A stretch of 64,000 nucleotides of DNA, taken from Anaerolineae bacterium (lineage in GTDB: Bacteria; Chloroflexota; Anaerolineae; Aggregatilineales; Aggregatilineaceae). The notes beneath the pieces are model-generated. The model was not told the origin of the DNA. It did no database searches and worked only from the letters and a program-made list of their open reading frames with translations. Below are positions 38,158 to 48,451 of the stretch, one piece after another; positions within the stretch are counted from its first letter, which is position 1, and every line of letters starts with the position of its first letter. The position numbers and the translations under genes were made by a program. The stretch is taken from the NCBI GenBank assembly GCA_023382715.1, contig JAHDWP010000003.1:64370-128369 (forward strand). Reading direction: 5' to 3'.

Positions 38158-39078
38158 CTATCCTTTGATACCGGTTGTGCTGATGCCCTTGATAAAGTAG
38201 CGCTGGGTGAACAGGAACACGATCAGCACCGGAATGACAAACGTCACGCTGGCCGCCATCACGTCCTGCCAGGGCAGCGGCACCTCCTGCAAATTCAGCT
38301 TCTGCGCCACGTAGACCGGCATGGTGTACAGCGCCGGCTTCTGCAGGTAGATCAGCGGCATCATCAGGTTGTTCCACTGCCCGACGAAGAGGAAGACGGA
38401 GATCGTGGCCACCGCTGGCCGCGAGAGCGGCATGATGACGTACCACCACACCTGCAGCGGATTCGCCCCGTCAATCATCGCGGCTTCGTCAAGCTCCCTG
38501 GGCAGGCTCAGCATGAATTGCCGCAGCAGAAAGATCAGCGCCGCGCCGCCCGCGAAGAAACCCGGCAGGGTGATCGGGTTGAAGGTGCGGATCCAGCCGA
38601 TCTTGTGGAACATGACATACTGCGGGACGAGCGTCGCCTGATAGGGCAGCATCAGCGTGCTCATCATCAGTGCGAAGACGACGTCGCGGCCCTTCCACTC
38701 CAGCCGGCTGAACGAGAAGGCCACCAGCGAGACCGAGATCACGGTGCCGATCAGCACCAGGGTCACGATGAAGATGCTGTTGGTATAGGCACGGAAGAAC
38801 GCTTCCTCGTGGAACAGCTTGTCGTAGTTTTCCCACTGCGGCGTCTCCGGCAACAGGTGCAACTGAGATCGCCCCACCTCTTCCACCGTCTTGAGCGAGG
38901 TGCCGACCATCCACACCAGCGGGAAGAGAAAGAAAGCCGAGCCTGACAACAGCAGCGCATAAACGACGATCAGGTTCAGACGTTGCAGACCGTGGCGCAC
39001 CAGGCGGCGCGCGCTGACGCTGATGGGCAGAGAAGTGGAGTGGCGGGCAGTTTGTGTTGCCATGAGCCTACGCCTCAT
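38158..39078 (-). CDS. carbohydrate ABC transporter permease (MalG-like)
   Basis: 306 aa, 6 TM, EAA-loop region (ELDEAAMIDGANPLQVWW). Confidence 0.9.
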   Translation of the reverse strand: MRRRLMATQTARHSTSLPISVSARRLVRHGLQRLNLIVVYALLLSGSAFFLFPLVWMVGTSLKTVEEVGRSQLHLLPETPQWENYDKLFHEEAFFRAYTNSIFIVTLVLIGTVISVSLVAFSFSRLEWKGRDVVFALMMSTLMLPYQATLVPQYVMFHKIGWIRTFNPITLPGFFAGGAALIFLLRQFMLSLPRELDEAAMIDGANPLQVWWYVIMPLSRPAVATISVFLFVGQWNNLMMPLIYLQKPALYTMPVYVAQKLNLQEVPLPWQDVMAASVTFVIPVLIVFLFTQRYFIKGISTTGIKG

Positions 39079-41032
39079 AGTGCACCCAACTGCGGCTGAA
39101 GCGGAACTGCAGCACGGTCAGGGTCAGGATAATGACGACCAGAATCCACGACATGGCCGCGCCCTCGCCGATGCGCAGCTCCTGGAAAGTGCGCGCATAA
39201 AGCAGGAAGGCAGCGGACGACAGGCTGTCGCGGGTGAGCGGCGTCTGCAGGATGTAGACCGTCTCGAAGGTCTGAAGCGCGGCGATCACGCCGATGACGA
39301 TGTTGTAGAACATCGCGGGCGAGATCATCGGCAGCGTGATCTTGAAGAAGCGCTGGATGATGTTGGCTCCGTCAACCTCGGCTGCCTCGTAGAGCGACTG
39401 CGGGACGTTCTTCAGCGCCGCGAGGAAGATCAGCATCCCCGTGCCCGAACTCCACATCGTGATCAGGATCAGCGACGGCTTGGACCACAGCTCGCTGTTC
39501 ATCCACAGCGGGACGCGCGTCCGGTCCGGGAACAGGCGCAGCGAATCGTGGAACAGCGCGAAGTGATAGTTCGGCTTGCCCGTCGCCTCGGCAATATCCA
39601 GAAACGCCTGGAAATAGCGCCGCCCGTCAGAAAATGAGCTGACCGCGAGCAGCGCGAAGACCAGCAGTCCGCCGCGCAACAGACGGCGCCGGGCGCGCGG
39701 GTGGCGCTCGCCGAGCAGGGCCGCGCCGAGCAGCACCGCGATAGCTGCGCCGTAGAACCACAGCGCCGACAGCAGCCAGGTCGGATAGGTCTTTTGCAGA
39801 TAGTCGAGGTCAGCGGGGCGCTCAATCGTGCTGCCCAGGGTCAGGTAACGGGTCAGGACTTCGAGCCGCCCGTCGCCGAACTGCCCCCAGGCCAGCCGCA
39901 CCAAGAGAATCGCGCTCAACACGCCCGCAGCGCCCCACAGCCGACGGGCGGTCTGCGGCGTGCGCGGCCCCACCAGCGAGATCACCAGCGGCGCCACCAC
40001 CAGCAGCAGCGGGATCAGGTAGCGCCAGGTTTCGCCAGCGCCGAGCGCGAAGCCGGCGTGTTTCAGCGCGAAGACGCCCACAACCGCCAGCGCGCCCAGG
40101 ATCAGCACATGGGCCGCCGCGCGCTGGCGCACTGACGCAAAATTGAGCGTCAGCATTCCCACCAGCGCCGCGATCCCTACCCCGTAGATCCATGAAGGGT
40201 CAATCGGCTGGGCCACCAACCCCTTGGACATCAGCCGAAACATCACGGCAATTCCGAGAATCTGCGCGCTGCGCCAGGCCAGCACGCGCTTGCTTTCGGA
40301 CCATTCGCCGCGCGCCAGCACGAGCAGCAGCAGCGCGGCCAGCACAGCGGGGATGGTGTACTTCAACGGGCCGAGGGCATCGCCGCGCATCACGCCGATA
40401 TAGAACCCGTTGAAGGCTTCCATCAGGTAAATCCACAGCCGGTAAAGATAGTCAAAGCCGGAAAAAATGTTGGCGATCTGGCGCGACGCCTCGTTGACAA
40501 AGCCGCCGTTAGAGGCGAGCATGTAGCGCCACGCCAGCAAAATCGCGGGGCCGCCGGCCAGAATTACCGGCATGTAGAAGATCATGCGGAAGACGCGGAT
40601 GCCGGGGATCTCGCGGTTGAGCAGCAGCGCCATGCCCAGCGCCGCCGCGATCTGCAGCGGCACGCCCAGCAGCGCATAGTAGAACGAGTTGAGCATCGAG
40701 GTGTTGAACATGCGGCCCTGCCGCCCCTCGGACAGCAGCAGCGTGCGGTAGTTGTCCAACCCAGCCCATTTGATGCTTTTGCCGAGCGTGTAGTCCGTAA
40801 AACTGTAATAGAGCGACGCCAGCGCGGGGCCGAGCACAAAGATGATGAACCCGACGATCCACGGGCCGGCGAAGGTGAACCCCCAGAAGATTTTGCGCTG
40901 CTCGCTGGCGGACAGCCGGAACAGCCGCGCAGTAAAACGTGCCAGCAGGCCCAGCGTCACGCTGGAAGCGACAATAAAAATAATCGTATAGACCGACCAC
41001 TGAAGGTTATAGAGCCGTGCGTCTGATGCCAT
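39068..41032 (-). CDS. carbohydrate ABC transporter permease (MalF-like) with a large multi-TM insertion
   Basis: 654 aa. Canonical core at both ends (…YSFTDYTLG…; LYEAAEVDGANIIQRFFKITLP), interrupted by roughly 330 aa of extra hydrophobic segments. Confidence 0.85.
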   Translation of the reverse strand: MASDARLYNLQWSVYTIIFIVASSVTLGLLARFTARLFRLSASEQRKIFWGFTFAGPWIVGFIIFVLGPALASLYYSFTDYTLGKSIKWAGLDNYRTLLLSEGRQGRMFNTSMLNSFYYALLGVPLQIAAALGMALLLNREIPGIRVFRMIFYMPVILAGGPAILLAWRYMLASNGGFVNEASRQIANIFSGFDYLYRLWIYLMEAFNGFYIGVMRGDALGPLKYTIPAVLAALLLLVLARGEWSESKRVLAWRSAQILGIAVMFRLMSKGLVAQPIDPSWIYGVGIAALVGMLTLNFASVRQRAAAHVLILGALAVVGVFALKHAGFALGAGETWRYLIPLLLVVAPLVISLVGPRTPQTARRLWGAAGVLSAILLVRLAWGQFGDGRLEVLTRYLTLGSTIERPADLDYLQKTYPTWLLSALWFYGAAIAVLLGAALLGERHPRARRRLLRGGLLVFALLAVSSFSDGRRYFQAFLDIAEATGKPNYHFALFHDSLRLFPDRTRVPLWMNSELWSKPSLILITMWSSGTGMLIFLAALKNVPQSLYEAAEVDGANIIQRFFKITLPMISPAMFYNIVIGVIAALQTFETVYILQTPLTRDSLSSAAFLLYARTFQELRIGEGAAMSWILVVIILTLTVLQFRFSRSWVHYEA

Positions 41033-41325
41033 CGTCCGCTCGCTTGCAAATAGTTCTAAGTGAACCGTGGTCAGCGCTCAATGGGTGAGGTTGCCGCAGG
41101 GTGCGAGCCGCGCCTCAGAGACCGCTTGAAAAGCCGCGCGCCCGCCCTGATCCCCCATCCCCGACCCTTCTCCCCTTGTGGAAGAGGGGTTTGGGGCGAG
41201 GGGAGACAATCTCTCAAAGGGTCTCTCAAGGTGCCCGAAAACAGGTGACGGCGCTCGCGCTCTGGCAGATACCGGAGGGGAGAACGTTGCCGCTCTCCCC
41301 TTGACGCTAGTCTAGTCACTTCCGG

Positions 41326-42597
41326 CTAATCGAGATAGCCGTTGTCCTCGAGGATGGCGTCGTACTCTTCCTTCATCATCTGCTGCGTGTCTTCGAGGCT
41401 CTGCTGGTCAGTGAGGTACAGCGTCATCTGCTCGAAGATGAGCGGGCGCAGCTCGGCGCTGGCGCGGATGTCAGAGAAGGCACGACCGTACTCGACCGTG
41501 ATGTCGAGCAGCTTGGCCCAAACCGGATCCGCCGCCTTGATCTGGTCCCAGGCGTCCTGGCGCACGGGTGTGAAGCCCGCCACGTCCTTGAGCGCGATCG
41601 CGTTGTCCTGGCTGCCGAGGAACTTGAGGAACTCGACCGCCAGCGTCGGGTCCTGAACGTAGGCCGGCACCGCGAGCCAGTCAATGAAGACCTGGATCAG
41701 GGGCGAGCCGTTCGGGCCAGCCGGATAGGGGGCGATCAACACATCGTTCCACAGCGGGTCGCTGGTAGCCGGCATGGCCCACATGGGGAAGATGCCGCTG
41801 ATGACCATGCCCGAACCGAGGGCGGTGCCTTCGATCGGTGGCAGGCCGGCAGTGTCTTCGGTGGGGCGCATCACGCGGCGGCGGTCGTACATGTACTGCA
41901 TCGCCTCAGCGGTCTCCGGGCTGTCGAAGGCGCTGGTGCCGTCTTCATAGTACAGCGTGCCGCCTGCCGACCAGATGTAACCGATGAACTCTTGCGCATC
42001 GAACAGGTCATTGCCGATGTCCATGAACGCCCACTGCTTGGCCGCGCCGCCTTCGAGGACGGTGTTGGCCCGCATGAACTCCAGCGCGTCGGCGAAGGTG
42101 AGCGGCGCACCCGCTTCGGGGTCGGCCATCAGATCGGCGCGGTAGAAGATCGGGCGCGGACTCATCAGCAGCGGCAGGCCGCGGATGTGGCCGTCGTAGG
42201 TCACGGTGTCAATGGCGGCGGGCAGGTACTGCGCCCAGTCTTCCCAGCCCTGGAACTGCTCATCCAGGTTCATGAGCAGGTCGCCGAAGGTGGCGGCATA
42301 TTCCGAGCCGAGATAGATGATGTCCGGGCCGTCACCGGTGGTGATCCAGCCGGCCACCGTGACGTCGAAATCGCCCCAGCCGCCGGTCAGAATCTGCACG
42401 TCAACGCCGGGGTGCTCGGCCTCAAAGGCGGGGAACAGCGTGTCGTTGAACCAGTTCATCGTGTCTTCGGTGAGGCCGGTGATGTAGATCTCGAGGACTG
42501 TGGTCTGGCGCGCTTCGACCGGGTGCGCGAAGCCGGCAGGCAGCGCGACGACACCGGCCAGCAGCACGATCAGGGTGAGAATGATCACTCGCTTCAT
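41326..42597 (-). CDS. carbohydrate ABC transporter substrate-binding protein (family 1)
   Basis: Signal peptide MKRVIILTLIVLLAGVVALPAGFA. 423 aa. First gene of the minus-strand operon. Confidence 0.88.
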   Translation of the reverse strand: MKRVIILTLIVLLAGVVALPAGFAHPVEARQTTVLEIYITGLTEDTMNWFNDTLFPAFEAEHPGVDVQILTGGWGDFDVTVAGWITTGDGPDIIYLGSEYAATFGDLLMNLDEQFQGWEDWAQYLPAAIDTVTYDGHIRGLPLLMSPRPIFYRADLMADPEAGAPLTFADALEFMRANTVLEGGAAKQWAFMDIGNDLFDAQEFIGYIWSAGGTLYYEDGTSAFDSPETAEAMQYMYDRRRVMRPTEDTAGLPPIEGTALGSGMVISGIFPMWAMPATSDPLWNDVLIAPYPAGPNGSPLIQVFIDWLAVPAYVQDPTLAVEFLKFLGSQDNAIALKDVAGFTPVRQDAWDQIKAADPVWAKLLDITVEYGRAFSDIRASAELRPLIFEQMTLYLTDQQSLEDTQQMMKEEYDAILEDNGYLD

Positions 42598-42738
42598 GTC
42601 AACTTCTCTCCTAAAAAATCCACTGGCAAAACGGTTTGCGCTACGAGTTGGTTGGCGAGACGTTCAAGGGCAGGGGTTCACCTCCTGGGGAGTAGGCGCG
42701 GCTGGGCTGCGCAGGCGTGCGATAGGGCGCGAACAGAT

Positions 42739-42759
42739 AGTTAGAAACCATTACTAACT
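42739..42759. promoter_or_regulatory. AT-rich inverted repeat AGTTAG-N9-CTAACT (operator candidate)
   Basis: Lies just downstream (in the minus-strand sense) of the candidate promoter at 42762-42791. Confidence 0.3.
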
Positions 42760-42761
42760 CA

Positions 42762-42791
42762 AAAATACACCAGAAATCAGGCGGCTGTCAA
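42762..42791 (-). promoter_or_regulatory. candidate promoter TTGACA-18 nt-TATTTT for the GH18/GH3 operon
   Basis: Perfect -35 hexamer on the minus strand (tgtcaa at 42786-42791), about 165 nt upstream of the binding-protein start. Confidence 0.45.
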
Positions 42792-43005
42792 GCAAGTCGG
42801 GTGCATGGGGGTGCATTCCAACTCTGGGACGAGTTTCTAAAGCTTGGGAAAATGCGTCAAGTCTGATGCCATCTTCTCGCGGCCCGGTATCTATCCGCCC
42901 CTGACGGATTAAATTCTGCCCCCAAGCTGGAATGCTCCTCTGATCGGCAAATTGGGTGCGTGCAAAACCTGTCAGAGTGGGGTACTGCCCGGCTGCGCCC
43001 CCCTT

Positions 43006-43046
43006 GACCTCCCCCCGCTCGGCGCGTAGCGAGGCTGGGGATGAGG
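43006..43046. repeat. family B-related repeat (partial)
   Basis: GACCTCCCCCCGCTCGGCGCGTAGCGAGGCTGGGGATGAGG resembles the left portion of 3681-3772. Confidence 0.6.
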
Positions 43047-43103
43047 CCACTACCCGGCGCCCGGCGAGGCGCTGTCAACCTCGGCACGCGCTCTGCAAAC
43101 TTC

Positions 43104-43132
43104 TTGACTTTTGTCAGAACTAGACTGATAAT
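43104..43132 (+). promoter_or_regulatory. candidate promoter TTGACT-17 nt-GATAAT for the ROK-regulated sugar locus
   Basis: Near-consensus hexamers with optimal spacing, 140 nt upstream of the ROK gene. Overlaps the partial palindrome TTGACTTTTGTCAG. Confidence 0.5.
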
Positions 43133-43273
43133 AGAATTAGTTGGTTGGCACAACAAACAAAGAGAGGGCCAGCCAATGCGGGGGCCTGGTCGCCGCTGAT
43201 CACGACGTGACCGGCGTTCCGCTCGCGCAAAAAGCACCTTTTGTCGAGATAGTTCTTTTGAGACCGCAGCCTT

Positions 43274-44533
43274 ATGTCGAATCACGCGCGCCTGCGGACA
43301 GGTGACCAGACGCTCGTCCGCGAAATCAACCTCTCGGTGATCATGAGGCGTTTGCTGGAGCACACTTCGCTCTCGCGCGCCTCGCTGGCGGAAGTGACCG
43401 GCCTCAACAAATCCACTGTCTCCAGCCTGGTTCAAGAACTGATTGACATGAGCTTCGTCCACGAGACCGGCCTGAGCTTCACCGGCGTGGGGCGTCCCTC
43501 GATGATGCTGGGGCTGAACCCGCGCGCCGGATACATTGTGAGCTGCGAGCTGGGCGTGGACTTCATCTCCGTGCTCTGCGCCAACTTCGGGGGCGAAGTG
43601 GTCTGGCGCGTGAAGGAAAACACAGCCGGCATCCAGGGTCGGGACGAGATTATGCATCACGTCCTGACCCTTTTGCGTCAGGCAGTGGACATCGGGGCCA
43701 CCCGCTGCCCCGGCAGTGGGGGGCTGCTGGGCGTGGCCGTTGGCGTGCCGGGGTTGATCGAACAGGCGACGGGCACCCTGCTCTTCGCGCCCAACCTGCA
43801 ATGGCGCGATGTCCCTCTGCGCGACATCGTGAGCGCCGAGTTTGGCGGCGTGCCGGTGTTTGTGGACAACGAAGCCAACATGGCCGCCCTGGGCGAAACG
43901 CTGTTCGGCGCGGCGAAGGGCTACAACGAGGTGCTCTATATCAGCGCGGGCGTGGGCGTGGGCGGGGCGGTGGTGCGCAACGGCCAGCTTGTGCGCGGCA
44001 CCACCGGCTTCGCCAGCGAGTTCGGCCACATGACCATTGACCCCGATGGCGCGCTGTGCAACTGTGGCAACCGCGGCTGCTGGGAGACACTGGTCAGCCA
44101 GTCGGCGGTGATCCGGCTGACGCGGCAGGCCATCTCCGCGGGGCGGTCCAGCGTGCTGGAAGCCCTGGCCGGCGGCGATCTGAACAACCTCTCCATCCCG
44201 CTCATTGTCCAGGCGGCTGTGCAACAGGACGCGGTCGCCCTGTCCGTCCTTGAAGCAGCGGGGCGCAACCTGGGCATTGGCATCGCCTCGCTGATCAACG
44301 CCTTCAACCCCGATCTGGTGGTCTTAGGGGGCATCCTGAGCCTGGCGGGTCAATGGCTGCTGCCCACCGTGCGCGCCGAAGTCGGCTGGCGCGCGCTCCG
44401 CTGGAACGCCGAGGCGACGGAGATTCTGTTGGCCCAGCATGGCTTCGATGCGTGCGCGATGGGCGGGGTGGCCACGCTGCTCCAGGCGATTGTGCTGGAG
44501 CCAGGCCGTTATCATCCACAGAACTATCTCTAG
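43274..44533 (+). CDS. ROK-family transcriptional regulator (XylR/NagC-like)
   Basis: N-terminal wHTH plus a ROK domain with the intact zinc motif GHMTIDPDGALCNCGNRGCWE. Confidence 0.9.
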   Translation: MSNHARLRTGDQTLVREINLSVIMRRLLEHTSLSRASLAEVTGLNKSTVSSLVQELIDMSFVHETGLSFTGVGRPSMMLGLNPRAGYIVSCELGVDFISVLCANFGGEVVWRVKENTAGIQGRDEIMHHVLTLLRQAVDIGATRCPGSGGLLGVAVGVPGLIEQATGTLLFAPNLQWRDVPLRDIVSAEFGGVPVFVDNEANMAALGETLFGAAKGYNEVLYISAGVGVGGAVVRNGQLVRGTTGFASEFGHMTIDPDGALCNCGNRGCWETLVSQSAVIRLTRQAISAGRSSVLEALAGGDLNNLSIPLIVQAAVQQDAVALSVLEAAGRNLGIGIASLINAFNPDLVVLGGILSLAGQWLLPTVRAEVGWRALRWNAEATEILLAQHGFDACAMGGVATLLQAIVLEPGRYHPQNYL

Positions 44534-44682
44534 CAAGGCTGATCAGGTCTGTATTCCTGAGCACAGAAAGGAGGAGACTTGGCAAGGGATGATCTATCGG
44601 GAACGGCCACATATCTGAACGAGTTCGTGCCAACGTTGGTCGCTAGCACTCGCAGCAAGAGATTTTCAGGAGGATTGCGCAC

Positions 44683-46029
44683 ATGATGAAGAAAACAGGT
44701 AGCTTCCTGCTGCTGATCGTCCTGGTCCTGAGCCTGGCTTTGGGAGTTGGCGGCGCGACGGCAGCCCCCAAGACGCAGCAGGTCACCGAACTGGTTATCT
44801 TCTGGGCACAGTGGCCGCCTGCCGACTACCTGCAGGAGATCGGCAACCGCTACGAAGCCGAGACTGGCATCAAGATCACCGTCATCCAGGAACCATGGGG
44901 CAGCTTCTATGATCGCATGTCTGCCGAGTGGGCCGCCAAGGGTGACGCCTACGACATGGTGGTGGGCGACAGCCAGTGGCTCGGCCAGGGTGCCGAGCAG
45001 GGCCACTACATGGAGCTGACCGATTTCATGGTCGAGAACGACCTCGTGGATACCGTGACCGCGGCCACGCTCAAGTACTACGGGGAGTTCCCGGCGAATT
45101 CGGGTCGCTACTGGGCTTACCCAACCGAGGGTGACGCGGTGGGCTGGGCCTATCGTAAGGATCGCCTGGAAAATCCCGAAGAGATGGCAGCCTTCGAGGC
45201 CGAGTACGGTTATCCCCTGGCTGTGCCCGAAACCTGGGCCGAGCTGCGTGACATCGCCGAGTTCTTCTATCGCCCAGACGAGAATGTCTACGGTGTGGGC
45301 GTCTACACGCAGAAGGACTACGACGGCATGATCATGGGCTACGAGAACGTCATGTTCAGTTGGGGTGTGGACTGGCAGGACGAGAACAACCAGGTGCTCG
45401 GCGTCGTCAACTCGGAGAAGGCCGTCGAGGCGCTGGAGTTCTACAAGGGCCTCTACCAGTTCGCCCCGCCTGGCACCAACAACGCCTTCTACACCGAGAT
45501 GAACTCCGTGTTCGTCAACGGTCAGGCGACCATGATCATGAACTACTTCGCCTTCCTGCCAGACCTGCTCAACGCCGAGAAGAACCCCTATGCGGGCGTG
45601 ACCGGCTTCTTCGCCGGGCCTGCCGGCCCCTACGGTGACCGCTATACGGCGCTGGGTGGCCAGGGCATGAGCGTGCTCAACTACGTCAGCAACGAGCGCA
45701 AGCAGGCCTCGCTGGACTTCATCAAGTGGTTCGCTTCGGATGAAGTGCAGCAGCAGTGGGCCGATGTCGGCGGCTACACCTGCAACATCGGTGTGCTGGA
45801 GTCCGAGGAATTCCTCAACAATACCCCCTACAACCGGGCCTTCGCCGATTCGATGACCTTCGTCAAAGACTTCTGGAACATCCCGGTCTATGGCGAGCTG
45901 CTCGAGCCGGCTCAGCGCTATATCAACGGTTATGTGGTGGGCAATGTCGGGACGGCCAAAGAAGCCCTGGATGGCATGGCGGTCGAACAACACGAGATTC
46001 TCGCGGCTGCCGGGGTAATTGACGGCTAG
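44683..46029 (+). CDS. carbohydrate ABC transporter substrate-binding protein
   Basis: Signal peptide MMKKTGSFLLLIVLVLSLALGVGGATA. 448 aa, family-1 solute-binding fold features. Confidence 0.88.
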   Translation: MMKKTGSFLLLIVLVLSLALGVGGATAAPKTQQVTELVIFWAQWPPADYLQEIGNRYEAETGIKITVIQEPWGSFYDRMSAEWAAKGDAYDMVVGDSQWLGQGAEQGHYMELTDFMVENDLVDTVTAATLKYYGEFPANSGRYWAYPTEGDAVGWAYRKDRLENPEEMAAFEAEYGYPLAVPETWAELRDIAEFFYRPDENVYGVGVYTQKDYDGMIMGYENVMFSWGVDWQDENNQVLGVVNSEKAVEALEFYKGLYQFAPPGTNNAFYTEMNSVFVNGQATMIMNYFAFLPDLLNAEKNPYAGVTGFFAGPAGPYGDRYTALGGQGMSVLNYVSNERKQASLDFIKWFASDEVQQQWADVGGYTCNIGVLESEEFLNNTPYNRAFADSMTFVKDFWNIPVYGELLEPAQRYINGYVVGNVGTAKEALDGMAVEQHEILAAAGVIDG

Positions 46030-46111
46030 TCTGGTTCTGTTGGCCTGCAGGTGAGGAGGCGGGCACACGCCGGCCTCCTCCACCTTTCCAGCAAGGTACG
46101 AAGGTGCGCGC

Positions 46112-47053
46112 ATGACCCCCAATGCTCAAGCCATACCCACTGGCCCGCAGCAGATGACTCGGCATAGCCGCCGCCAGATGAGCGACAAGACAATCGCTCA
46201 CCTCTTCATCTGGCCGACGCTGCTCTTGCTGATCGTCATGAATATCTTCCCCCTGTTTTACAGCCTGTACCTCAGCTTCAACGATTATTCGGTGATCGCC
46301 AACGAACCGCCGAAATGGGTAGCCCTGGACAATTACGAGAAGATTCTGACCAATGAGCGCAGCCGCTATTGGCACAACTTCACGGTCACAGGCCGCTATG
46401 CCGCGCTGTCGGTGGGGCTGCAAATCGTCATTGGCTTTGGGCTGGCGATGCTCTTGCGTGAAAAATTCAGGGGGAGCGGGCTAATCACGACGCTGATCCT
46501 GATTCCGATGATGCTCTCTCCGGTCGTGGTAGGGTTGTTCTGGAAGCTGATCTTCGACCCTTCCAAAGGCTTCTTCAATTATCTGATCTATCTCAACCCG
46601 CGCGGGGGCGACCAGTGGCTCTCCGATCCCACGCTTGGCCTGTGGTCCATCGTCATCGTAGACGTGTGGATGTGGAGTCCGTTCGTGATGCTGCTGTGCC
46701 TGTCGGGCCTGAGCGCCATCCCCAATTATCTCTACGAGGCGGCGGCCATTGATCGGGCCAGCGCCTGGTTCCAGTTCCGCAGAATCACGCTGCCCCAGGT
46801 GATGCCGCTGCTGCTCATCGCGGTGCTCTTCCGCACAATCGAGGCGTTCAAGGCGTTCGACCTGGTGATGGGCCTGACCGGCGGCGGGCCGGGGGACACA
46901 ACGGAAACGGTGGCGGTGCGGCTGTATAGCGAGGCGTTCCTGGGCAAGTTCAAAACCGGGGAGTCCAGCGCGCTGGCGTACATCGTGCTCATCATCATCA
47001 TCGCCGTCAGCAACCTGTACATCCGCGCGCTCAACCGGGCGAGGGAGGGCTAG
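46112..47053 (+). CDS. carbohydrate ABC transporter permease
   Basis: 6-TM MalF-like core with EAA loop (LYEAAAIDRASAWFQFRRITLP). Start may be an internal Met. Confidence 0.88.
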   Translation: MTPNAQAIPTGPQQMTRHSRRQMSDKTIAHLFIWPTLLLLIVMNIFPLFYSLYLSFNDYSVIANEPPKWVALDNYEKILTNERSRYWHNFTVTGRYAALSVGLQIVIGFGLAMLLREKFRGSGLITTLILIPMMLSPVVVGLFWKLIFDPSKGFFNYLIYLNPRGGDQWLSDPTLGLWSIVIVDVWMWSPFVMLLCLSGLSAIPNYLYEAAAIDRASAWFQFRRITLPQVMPLLLIAVLFRTIEAFKAFDLVMGLTGGGPGDTTETVAVRLYSEAFLGKFKTGESSALAYIVLIIIIAVSNLYIRALNRAREG

Positions 47054-47055
47054 GC

Positions 47056-48378
47056 ATGTTTGGGCTTGACATTCCGCTGCCAGACTTCTGGATTGTCTAC
47101 TTCTTCCTCTTCTGGGTGCTGGTGGGCGCGACAACCGGGCCGGTGATCTTTCGTCACAAGGGCTATCCTGCGCTGCTCGGCATTGTGGTCGGGGCCGGCG
47201 GGGGGGTGATCAGCGGTGCCCTGTTCATGCTGCTGCTGGTGGCTTTCAAGCCCATCGCCGATCTTCTCGATCGGCCCATGCTGGGCGTTCTCATCTCGAT
47301 CGCTCTCAGCGCAGCCATTATCCTGGCGCTGCTGACTTTCGCCCGGCGCTTTGTGCCGGAGGCAGCGCGCGAGACGACGCCCGAGGTCGCGGCGGCGGGC
47401 GGCCCGCGCGCGCCGGTCACCTATTCAGCCCGCGTGGACAAGGTGCACCCCACCTGGCAATCCTTGCAGGCTATTCGGGCCAGCGTGGTGGCGATGCTGG
47501 CCGCGCTGACGCTCATCCCCGTGATCTGGATGGCGATGACCGCCTTCAAGTCGTACCCCGATGCCGTCGCGTCGCCGCCCAAAGTGGCCTTTGACCCGAC
47601 GATGGAAGGGGTTATCACCCTGCTGACCCGGCGCCGCCAGATGACCGACGCGCAAAAGGCCGAGTATGAGCTGCGGGAAGACCTGAACTGGGCGGACCGG
47701 GTGATGCTCAAAAGCGGGCAGGCGATCCTCGGCCAGAGCGACTACGTCAAGCGCCTGCGCAACTCGCTGATCATCGCCAGCATCTCCACAGTGCTGTCGG
47801 TGACGCTGGGCCTGCTGTCAGCCTATGCCTTCAGCCGCTTCCGCGTGCCGGGCAAGGGAGACCTGCTGTTTTTCATCTTAAGCACGCGCATGCTGCCCCC
47901 GGTGGTGGTCACGATTCCGATCTTCCTGATGTATCGCGAGCTGGGCTGGTACGACACGCACGGCGGCCTGATCGCCCTCTACACGGCGTTCAACCTGTCG
48001 TTCTCGGTCTGGCTGCTCAAGGGGTTCATAGACGAGATCCCCAAAGAGTACGAGGAAGCGGCGCTGGTGGACGGCTATACGCGGCTGCAAGCCTTCATCC
48101 GCATTGTGATCCCGGAAGCAGTGACGGGCATCGCGGCGACGACGGTCTTCTGCTTCATCTTCGCCTGGAATGAGTACGCTTTTGCCCTGATGCTCACCGC
48201 CGACAAGGCGCGCACAGCCCCGCCGCACATCCCGTCTATGGTCGGCTCGGGGCTGGTCGAATGGGCGGCGATTGCGGCTGGCTCGCTGTTTTTCCTGATC
48301 CCGGTCGTGATTGTGACGTTCGCACTGCGCAAGTACCTGCTGCGCGGCGTCACCTTTGGCGCGATCCGCCAGGGATGA
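47056..48378 (+). CDS. carbohydrate ABC transporter permease with an extra N-terminal multi-TM extension
   Basis: 440 aa. MalG-like core (EYEEAALVDGYTRLQAFIRIVIP), preceded by about 125 aa containing 3-4 additional hydrophobic helices. Confidence 0.85.
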   Translation: MFGLDIPLPDFWIVYFFLFWVLVGATTGPVIFRHKGYPALLGIVVGAGGGVISGALFMLLLVAFKPIADLLDRPMLGVLISIALSAAIILALLTFARRFVPEAARETTPEVAAAGGPRAPVTYSARVDKVHPTWQSLQAIRASVVAMLAALTLIPVIWMAMTAFKSYPDAVASPPKVAFDPTMEGVITLLTRRRQMTDAQKAEYELREDLNWADRVMLKSGQAILGQSDYVKRLRNSLIIASISTVLSVTLGLLSAYAFSRFRVPGKGDLLFFILSTRMLPPVVVTIPIFLMYRELGWYDTHGGLIALYTAFNLSFSVWLLKGFIDEIPKEYEEAALVDGYTRLQAFIRIVIPEAVTGIAATTVFCFIFAWNEYAFALMLTADKARTAPPHIPSMVGSGLVEWAAIAAGSLFFLIPVVIVTFALRKYLLRGVTFGAIRQG

Positions 48379-48451
48379 TCGGGATGACTAGCGGTGCATC
48401 GGTGAATCGGCGATCGGACCCGTAGGGTCACCTACATGACCGGATACGAGC

